A DNA stretch of 62,689 nucleotides, the filler included, from Dugesia japonica (taxonomy: Eukaryota), in assembly GCA_001938525.1 (NCBI GenBank). It is 5 parts of 5 records of this genome, joined end to end, with 100 filler letters (N's around TTAATTAATTAA, not from the genome) between each part and the next. Parts side by side here need not be neighbours in the genome. Positions count along the whole stretch, not along the records: positions 52,109 to 62,689 come from MQRL01499319.1; 4 more parts are not named here. The stretch is one strand, 5' to 3'. Shown in pieces: positions 53,133-62,689 of the stretch; position 1 is the first letter of the stretch, and every line of letters starts with the position of its first letter. The position numbers and the translations under genes were made by a program. The notes below the pieces were generated by a model. The model searched no databases, had not been told where the DNA came from, and was given only the letters and a program-made list of their open reading frames with translations.

Positions 53133-53916
53133 ATGAACTGCATTTTCATTCTTGTTTTGTTCATCAACTTATTTCACCTTTTAAAGAGCGGTATTTTGAT
53201 TGTTATTTTCTATTTTAATATTTTAGTAATTATTAGTATTAATAATTGTCATTATACATATTAACCTGAATTATGTAAAAAAAAGTTGATTTTTCTACTT
53301 TAGACAATGACCGAGATTTCATGCCAGCACTACATGATTTTATAGATATTGATGCTCATAAACCAGGACGTAAGTAGTCAGTTAATATCATAAATAAATA
53401 TATTTTTATTTTAAAATGTTAATTTTAAAGAAAGTTTATAGGAAATCTGCAGTTTCGAAGTGTCTTTGATTGGATGTTTTCTTTTGAAACTTTATTTTTC
53501 CAAATTAAATTTCTAACAGAAAATTTTTTTTAATATATGAAAACATCAAAGAAATTTAAATTAGAAAAAAAGCGCATTACAATGAATTTCTATAAATAAA
53601 ACAAAGAAAAATTTAATAAAATTAATAATTTTTGATTAAAAATTCATTGAAAAGAAAAACAAACTTTGTAAGAGAACTGATGAAAATTTGTAGAGAAGAG
53701 ATTCTTTTTTTTATTAATAAATTTTTTTGAATTCTTTTCGATTAGTGTAAAAGATTTTAATTTTTATTTTATTTTTCACAATTTCAGTTAGAAGATTTTT
53801 AATTCGCAGCCATCTACAACGATTTCCAAATATAAAAATGAAGTATTTTTTTTATTAATAAATAATTTTGTTTCTTTGATTATTTAATATTCAGGTATCC
53901 AGATTTAATTAAATAA
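53133..53916 (+). CDS. Predicted 66-aa secreted peptide precursor (4 exons), not recognised as a known family
   Basis: Exons 53133-53190, 53304-53369, 53788-53842 and 53895-53916 with GT-AG introns in compatible phases (1,1,2). Product MNCIFILVLFINLFHLLKS-DNDRDFMPALHDFIDIDAHKPGLRRFLIRSHLQRFPNIKMKYPDLIK*; exon 1 is a signal-peptide-like segment. Confidence 0.65.
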
Positions 53917-56256
53917 ATTTATTTTTTTCTGATAAAAAAATAAATTCTTAATAAATTTTGTCTTTTATGATTTTATTTCGAAAATAGTCGTGATTTAAAG
54001 AAATTATATTTTGAAATTATTGTTACATAATTTTTTATTTATTTCTAAGATTAATTAATTAAATTTATTAATGAAAATTAAATAAACCAATTTTTTTTTC
54101 ATTAAATTGATGGCTTTGATCAAATTGTTGTTTTTTGTTTTTTTTCCATTTCTTTTTGGATAACTTTAAAAAAAAGAAATAAAAAAAGCGAAACAATATT
54201 TTGATTGAAGCTATTGATTTAATGAGATCTCATATGAGATCAATAGTTAAGTCCAACAATTATTCTCGCAATAATTGTAAACTTTATTTAAATAATTTTG
54301 TAATTGTTTGTATCTTTTTGTTTAAATTACTGTTCAAATAAATATTGGACTGATGGAATCGGATCACTTTTATTTTTTCTAAAATGTAATTTGCCATGTT
54401 AGATGAGTTTGAATTCACAACNAGCTTCCATAAAAGATTTATTCACAAAACAAAAACTATGAATATAAATTTGTTTTGTTCAAACCAATTTAAAAATTTA
54501 TTTTCGAAACGAAAAATAAAAAATATCACATTACATTAATTAAATTTATTTTAACTTTTTTATAAATAACGTAAAATTTATATTTATATATTTATGAAGA
54601 AGACTATTGTCGAAAATTTGAACTTTTTTACAAATAAATTTTGTTTTGATCGAAGCCTTATCTTATTTTAGTAAAATTAAAAAATACAATAAAAAATATA
54701 TTTTGTTGAAAATAAGAAATTTGATAATTTTTTCCAAATTACAAATATATTATAAAAATTCCAAAATTTTAATATACATTGCGAATTAAAAAATTTTATT
54801 TAACAAATTATAAATTTCAAATTCGATTTGTGTAAACTAAATAAATTTAATAACTCGTTTCCTTTTAACCGATAATTTCAAAATTAATTTTACAAATTAT
54901 TTTAATGATTCAATTTAAATATTTAGCAAATCTGATTTTAATAAATTCCATTTCAAAATACAAAAATATGCTTTTAAAAACTAGTTTTTTTATTATCGAT
55001 TTTCTACATAAATATGAAAAATGTCGAAAAGTCACTGTTTATAACTTTGAACAAATTTGTGTAAACTAAATAAATTTTATAACTTATTTCNTTTTAACGG
55101 TTAATTTAAAAAAAGTTATAAACAGATTTTCATATTTATGTAGGGTTTTAACTTCAATTTTGTTTCTATTATTTATTTATTATTTATATTATTTTATAAA
55201 TCATATATTTTAAATGTAAAATAAAAAACATGTTTCTTCGTTCAGGATTTGTTTTTAATGTTTATTTAAGAAGGAAACATCAATTATAACAAAAATTTAT
55301 AAATAATATATAAAATNTCAAATATTTAAATATATTTGATAAAATTAAAGTATAGAAACGAAATTGAAGTAATAAACCTCACTTTCCGAAATTAGAACAT
55401 CAAAAACACAAGCACATTAAAATTTAACAAAGATTTTATCATTGTAATGAAATATTGATTTATTATAGTGTCATAACTAGTAACACTTACAATTAAACAT
55501 TAATTTAAAAATAATTAAACAAATTTGGACATTACAGTTAATACAGTTAATAAGATCAATAAAATTTATTTAGAAAGACGTCTCGCCACCAATTAGCAAT
55601 TAACGAACCCCAGGTTGGTCAATTCTGTTATAAATAATAAAAAAAAGAAAGCAAAATATCTATATAGCATTTAATCAGCAGGCTTTTTTGGATCTGCTGA
55701 CTGTTCTTCGGGTTACAAAGATTCAATTTTTTGATATATATTGATATTATTATTATTTTAATTAACAATTAACTATATTTATTATTGACAATATTTATTT
55801 TNATCAATATACATAATCTCCATTATATTGTTTGTTTGTGGGGAAATAATGCTTCAGTTAAACAAAATATTAAAAAAAAATAATGAATAGAAAATTGAAG
55901 AGAAAATTATGAATTGAAAATAATTGAAATTAGATTTCTATAAATAAAAGAAACTATTAAATAGATAAAAATTGAGAACATTTTACATAATTTATCTGGA
56001 AGTCAAGACTATAAAGAAATTATTAAAGTGAAATATGACTCAAATTTAAATAGAATATTAATTAAAATTTATCAATTACAAATATTATTTTGAACTGCAC
56101 GAAATTACAGTACTAATTAAAAAGGTTAAACTTAAATTTAATGTAATTTATAATAAGTAAATAAATTAACCAATTAAAATAAAATTAATTCCAAAAATTT
56201 TTTTTTTTAATAATAATAAATTTTAATAATAAAAAATTCAACAAATCAACAAGTTA

Positions 56257-56290
56257 ATTACTGAAGAAGACAAAAGTCGAAAATTGAAAA
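56257..56290 (+). ncRNA. Minimal hammerhead-like motif
   Basis: CTGAAGA-a-GAC(aaaa)GTC-GAAA-att. Confidence 0.5.
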
Positions 56291-56688
56291 TATAAATAAT
56301 AACTAAAAAAAATATTAAAAAATAAAATTTTGGACGAGGTTTATAATTAAATNAAATCAAAATTAAATTTCGAATTTAATAAAATTTGAAATTATATGGA
56401 ATTTAATATTGATCTGGTACAAATATGTAAAAATTGTGAATGTCTGCAACTTTGAGCATTTCAGAAGAAATAAAGCAGGACAAGAAAAAATTCTAAATAC
56501 ATAATTTCCCACGTCTGTATGCAAATTTGTCGGAACACTCAAGTTAATAAGGTTAATTTAATTTTAATTTTTAAAAATTTTCATAGTTTAAATAAAACTT
56601 ATCTATCTATTGATTTATAATCATTTAAAAAGAATTTTGAATTCATAAAATTTAATGTTCTTTCACTACATCAAGCATTAAAAAAGTT

Positions 56689-56725
56689 AATTCCTGATGA
56701 AGACTAAGTCAAAAATTCGTATTAT
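56689..56725 (+). ncRNA. Minimal hammerhead-like motif (G12 mutated)
   Basis: aattc-CTGATGA-a-GAC(taa)GTC-aAAA-at-TC-gtatt, followed by the family motif TTTGATCGAAG. Confidence 0.5.
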
Positions 56726-56929
56726 TATCAATAACAAAAAATAAATTTGATCGAAGTTTATATTTTAATGTGTATATATATAGTTTCCATACATAGGTAA
56801 ATATTTTTAAATTAATCATTTAAACATTCATGGAATGTTAATGATTTATACAATATGCCAAATAATTATATAATTGTTTTAATTTTCCTGAAGTTTAAAA
56901 AGTAAACAATTTTTATGGAAGCCTTTTTA

Positions 56930-58020
56930 GTTAATACTTTATAGTTTATTTACAGTATTCTGAAAGATTTGTTTGAATAAAGAACAATGAATTGAAATAG
57001 TATTGTAGACTGGCTCAGAAAACAGCCAGTGGGTTCCTTCGGAATTTAATAGAAACAGTACGAGCATCACGCACAATACTGTGGTAAAATTTAGAACAAA
57101 ATTCACAAAAATGGAAGTGTTATCGTACTGCCACTGATAATAGCACAACACGTGCAATGATTTCAGCGATAACAAGAAGTATCACGAAAAGTATACGGCG
57201 GTTGTCAGCTGATCAAATATTAATCGCATTTTGACAACAAATAAATGGCATACATACAAATTGCATTTGGCGCAGCATTTGAGTGGAAACGATCAGGATA
57301 GACAAAATGAAATTCTGTGAATGGGTATTGAGCAAAATGAAGGATTATGCAAATTTGGCAAACTGATGAAGCAAATTTTTACATTAATGGAGATTTTAAT
57401 CGACAAAATCTACGTTATAAGAGTAATGCTAACTCTCACTGGATCTATTCGACGAGAATTCAAAGTGCCTCTATAGTGATAGTGTGGTCCGAAATTCGGG
57501 ATAACAGAATTATCGGACCATTTTTTGTTGGTGGAAATCTGAATAGTAACAAGTACCTCACTATGCTGCAAGGAAAGATTTTTCCATCCCTGCTAAATGA
57601 TGATGTCAACTTATAAGTTTACTTTTGGTATGATATAGCTTAAGTTCATTATGGTACGCACATACGACAATGGTTATATACGCAGATTTCAAATGCTTGA
57701 ATAGGTTTGCGTGGTTCTGTGTAATGGCCTCCAAAATCCTCAGATCTCAGTCCATTAGATTTTTATCATTGGTGCTATTTGAAAACCATGTTGTATCAAG
57801 AAAAGATTTGAAACATAAATGATCACATAAACGGATCACCGATGCCATTACAAGCATAACTACAGTTGTACCTACACGTGTTCTTTAGCAGTGGATAATG
57901 CGCATTGAAATATGTTTCCAGAGTAATGGTGACCATGTAGAGCATGTTAAATAAATAAAAGTAGTTTTCCTTTCTTTTTTATATTTATTTTTCATGTGTG
58001 TAAATTTATGAGACATGTAT
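56930..58020 (+). mobile_element. Decayed Tc1/Tc3-like transposon (copy 1)
   Basis: TDEANFYINGDFNRQNLRY, RIIGPFFVGGNLNSNKYLTML and WPPKSSDLSPLDFYHWCYLK. Confidence 0.85.
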
Positions 58021-58156
58021 TTTTTTCAGACAATTATGGAATTTTTAAACCACTGAAATTTCACTTAAAAACCGTCATTTTTAGAAGAGATAACCTAGTT
58101 ATTTTTAAATTTCTTTTAAAAGATACAAATATATCATTATAATTACAAGTAATATA

Positions 58157-59300
58157 TAGGCTATATCAAAAAATGTGTACGTTTTAAAATTTTAAAATAT
58201 TTTAAATTAAATGTATTTGTTTAATTAATTCAAAAGATAAGCATATATTTAAATCTGTATTATATAAGAAATAATTGGCGTAAATTATTTTTTTATACAT
58301 GGCAGCCACCAGCCTCAATAATTTTCTTCAGAGTTTCAATATATGTATCCAATGCTTTACCCATATAAATATTTGTGAATTTTGGTAGCTCACTATTTAG
58401 AAATGTTCTTATTTCATCAATATATTTAAAACCTGTACAACTTCTCTCCAGTCTTTTAAAAAGATAATTGTCACTTATATTTATATTTAGTGAATAAGGA
58501 GGTTGACGAAGAAGTTTTACATTTTTAGAGTCTAAGAATTCAAAAGTATAGTGAGCAATATAGGATAAAGTATTGCCATACATATGTTCATAAATTTTTT
58601 GTGGGAGAACACTTTGATGTCGTTTTTGAAGAAAATTAATGAGATTTTCAAGAAAATGGTACCCATTTGTGAAATAGCAATAATGACCATGTACTTCTTT
58701 TATATCGTTGATCTGACAGGAGTCTGAGAAGGACCATATCCACTAGCAACAGCTTCTTCAGTTAACCAATTAAAAAATTTGTTAGTTGCTTTAATTTTTT
58801 GACAATAAAAACTTTTCGTCCACAATTACAAGATTTAGTCTACACAACATATTTTGTAGTAAATCAATTAATAAATTACATTGATCAACACGAAGAGCTT
58901 TGCCGTCATCTGTAAGAACATAAGGTACCCATTTTGTGTGATAACATAGAACCTCTAGATCATCTTGAATTACACGTTGAATCACCGGATGGTTTATTTG
59001 CAAAAATTCAGATATTTCGTCAATAGTCATATTACCATATTCTTCTGTACACCTTTTAACATTATCAATGTTAAGTAAACGTTCCTCCCTTTTTCTTCTT
59101 TCACTTCCTTTCTGGCGATGAAATGTTTGTCTTTCTCCAGTTTGACATGGTCTTATAAGTCTTCTAAATATAATAACATTTATATATTCCTGCGGCCATG
59201 CTTTATGAAGGATCTCATAAAATTTTAAAAATCTCTATTATAAAGAATTATATCAAAACCGAAATAAAAATTAATCATTTTAAAGATTTTTCTATTTAAT
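58157..59300 (-). mobile_element. Decayed mariner-like element
   Basis: TKWVPYVLT, VIVDEK and LLRQPPYSLNINISDNYLF. Confidence 0.8.
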
Positions 59301-59404
59301 TAAAAAATTTTGAAAGCAAATTTGAGTTAATTTAAAATGAAAAATTTATAAACCAATAAAATTGTGATAAAATATAAAGAATTTTGTAACAGAGATCTAT
59401 TGTC

Positions 59405-59895
59405 GTATTTCTAGAGTAAATAATTTCTTTTATCCAAGGTGGGACANAGTACCTGGTCAATTTTTATCTTTCGAACTAAGCATATTTTTACAGCAAACCC
59501 TAGACGAAATATGTTCAGAACTTTATTTTGAATCGAATGCTACTATGTAAAAAGTGATATAATAAGTTTTGACTGAGATATTCGTAGATCAAGGTCAAGT
59601 GATTCAGTGCGCTTATGCTTTTATCTAGGAAACTAAAAATATTTCTACAGCAAATCCTATGTATAAAATGTTTAGAATTTTATTCTGAGTTCAAGGATAC
59701 CAAATTTTAAATTGTACAATAAAAATTAACTGAAAAATTTTTCGATCTTCACGTGGAAAAAATTGACCAATCTAACCCGAATTCGAAAATATTTCTTACT
59801 TATTCGTAACGTTTAATAAAAATCCTTCATTTCTGAATCACTTCGTTGGCGGGGGAGATAGGGGGTACTGGTCCAGTGCGCTTATATCTTTCTAC
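59405..59895. repeat. Dispersed non-coding repeat (copy 2 of 8020-8640)
   Basis: Same subrepeats and GC-rich end as copy 1. Confidence 0.7.
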
Positions 59896-59899
59896 TAAC

Positions 59900-60699
59900 T
59901 AAAAATGTTTATGACTGTTGTCAGTAGATCGAGTATTAGTTGCATTTTGACAAGAAACAAATGGCATCCATACAAATTGTATTTGGCGCAGTATATAAAT
60001 GGAAACGATCTGGATAGACGAATTAAATTCTGTGATTGGGTATTGAGCAAAATGAATGATGATAAAAATGTGACAAACAAGACCTTGTTCGCCGATTTAG
60101 GAAATTTTTCATTAATAGAGAGGTTAATCAGCAAAATCTACGTCATTAGAGTAATAATAACACTCACTGGATCTGTTCGATAAGAATGCAAGGTGCCCTT
60201 ATAGTGACAGTATGAGACGAAATACGGAATAACAGAATTATGGGACCATTTTCCGTTGGTGGAAATAGCGACCAGTACCTCAACATGTTGCAAGAAGAGA
60301 TTTTTTCAATCTCTGCTAAACGATGATGGTAACTTCCAAGCTTACTTTCAGCAAAATGGAACTTCCAGATGCTTGGATAGGCCAGCGTGGTTCTGTGTAA
60401 TGGCCTCCTCAATCCCCCCATCTCAACTTATTATATTTTTATCTTTGGGACCATATGAAGGCTTTAGTGTATAAGGAAAAGATTGGAAACATAAATCATC
60501 TCAAAGAACGGATCACTGACGCCATTACAAGCATAAATACAGCTGTGCTTACACGGGCTCTTCAGCAGTGGATAATGCGCATTCAAATCTGTTTCCAGAA
60601 AAATTGTGATCATGTAGAGCAATTATCTAAATAAAAATGTTTTCCTTTCTGTTTTATATTTATTTTTCAAATGTATAGAAACTTATGAGACATCCTGTA
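59900..60699 (+). mobile_element. Decayed Tc1/Tc3-like transposon (copy 2, 5'-truncated)
   Basis: Colinear with 57200-58020 (NKWHPYKL, RIKFCDWVL); right end aacttatgagacatcctgTA. Confidence 0.85.
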
Positions 60700-62169
60700 A
60701 ATATAAATGAGTGTATTTTTTCCCACAATTATGGACTTTATAACTACTAAAATTTCACTTACAAACCATCATTTTGGAATAGTGATACCCTAGTTATTTT
60801 TACATTTCTTTTAAAAGATACAAATATACCATTATAATTGCAAATAATATAATAATGATGACAGATATGTCTGTTTACATTTGTGTTAATAATGTTTGGT
60901 AGATAATTTACAGTGAATAAGACACGAAATATATAATAACCAAAAATATTGAAGTAAATAAATAGTTAAAACAACTGATATTTATAATTTGTTTAATCAT
61001 TTTTAATATTTTATTTAAAATTCCCATTAATACATCAAGAACAAATACAATTTACTAATTATTGTAACAACATTATAAAACAGTAGAGTACAAATGGGTC
61101 CAGCCACAGCACTAAAACATTTCATTAAAAAAATTTCTATCGAGGCTGCTAAAAATAACTAATAGTAAATCTAGATCACAAATAGAAAATAAAACTTTGT
61201 ACAACACTGACACCAAAGATCAGCTTTTACAATTCGTTTAACTTCTAACTTAATTTAATCACAACTGTTAAATAATTCACTAATTTATAAAGATAAAGTC
61301 ATTTGAATATTAATTTATTTTCAACATTAAACAAATTAAAATCAGTTGTAGAAATATTTATAAAATCTCGATTAAATATTTGTAGAAACAAATTAAATAA
61401 TGTAGTAAAAATTTTTCAAATTTCATGAATTCTGAAAACACAAAATAAATGAATGAATTTATTTAAAAGTATATACACAAAAATCTATCCAAATATTGTA
61501 TTTTATTGAAAAATATCCTTTGAAATATTTATACTTCCATAAAGATTCAACCAGTTTATTGGGGATGACATTACCACATTTTCATTATTCTAAATATAAT
61601 TAAACAATAAACAAAATCGAAAATATTTCTGAATTATCAAATAAAAATTACATATANNNNNNNNNNNNNNNNNNNNNNNNNNNNNNNNNNNNNNNNNNNN
61701 NNNNNNNNNNNNNNNNNNNNNNNNNNNNNNNNNNNNNNNNNNNNGTTATAAGTCAGACCTGTGGTTTAATGTAATATTTATTTCCTGGTTCACGGCCACA
61801 ACTAAGTTGCACTTGCCTAAACTAAATATGTACATATTTGAAATAATTTTAATTATTATATTCCTCTCCCCCAATGTTGATACGCGTCTAATATTATTTA
61901 TTGAAATAACTCAGAAAATTTCGATGTATACTGTTATAAAATTCAAATTATATGTCAGCCCTACGATTGGATGTAATAGTTATTTCCCGACCGCAGTCGC
62001 GACTAAGTTGCTCATGTCTGATATAGAGAAATACCATTAAAATTGATGAACTCAAAATTCTTTTTAAATGATTGTAACATGATTATGAAAAGATTAACAT
62101 GTTCAATTTAGTCCAGAGATTCAAATAATAGTCTTTATCAATTTTTGGAGTCACTTAAAATTTTCAGTG

Positions 62170-62505
62170 CAGGAGTCTTAAACCTATTACCCTTGGGTAA
62201 GTTGGTTACCCAATTCCCTCCTCCGAGTTAGTAACTTGGGGGTTTTAATATGTAATTAAAATATTAAGTATAATTAATAAAATTGAATATTTTCTCAAAT
62301 TTAACGTGATAAAAATTCACATTTCGGGTTTATTTAAGAATTTGAAAAATATACATAGATCAAGTTATTATTTTATCTAAAAAATCTTTTTTCTTCACTA
62401 AGAAGGCGATATATAAGAAAAAATATATCACTTACCCAAATCACTTTTTAAAAGCCCAATTTTGGTGGATTTGTACCCATTGGCAAGTAAGGTTTACGAC
62501 CCCTG
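62170..62505. mobile_element. hAT MITE
   Basis: TIRs caggagtcttaaacct / aggtttacgacccctg; 8-bp TSD tttcagtg / attcagtg. Confidence 0.85.
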
Positions 62506-62689
62506 ATTCAGTGGGTCTAATAATGATTTGAGGGTCAATAAATTATTATTTGTAACAAATTTTATATAAATAAACAGGCTTAATGATGAAAAATGTCAAG
62601 AATCTGAGAATTAAAAAATTTATACGGCCTAACGTTCAAACCCTTGTTGACACAAATAAACCCACCATATTTTACAATCACGCTTATCA

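Noticed and set aside
53442-53459. 18-nt micro-exon in intron 2 of the peptide gene (MEG-like)
   Set aside because: In phase, but the donor (GTGTCT) is weak; needs transcript evidence.

Overview
Very AT-rich animal (eukaryotic) genomic DNA. The short 44-52 nt introns, composition and TE set suggest a triclad flatworm, but this is inference only. The window is five assembly pieces joined by identical 44N-TTAATTAATTAA-44N linkers, so adjacency across linkers is not biological evidence. Host genes: the last two exons of a Wnt gene (638-1436), the first 10 coding exons of a divergent CYFIP/Sra-1 gene (11464-24322), and four exons of neurofibromin NF1 on the minus strand (34279-37825), one being an unusual 621-nt Ser-rich exon. 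A 4-exon gene for a 66-aa secreted peptide (53133-53916) is absent from the ORF track. Most other DNA is decayed mobile elements: mariner/Tc1, hAT, piggyBac, MULE, pogo-like, a mini-Helitron, gypsy elements (one with Gmr1-like order), a REL-type non-LTR fragment and a degraded Maverick/Polinton (adintovirus-like) element (about 42900-49600). A dispersed short repeat family carries a minimal hammerhead-ribozyme core plus a conserved 3' hairpin, often with inverted 5' ends, resembling Penelope pLTRs or retrozymes.
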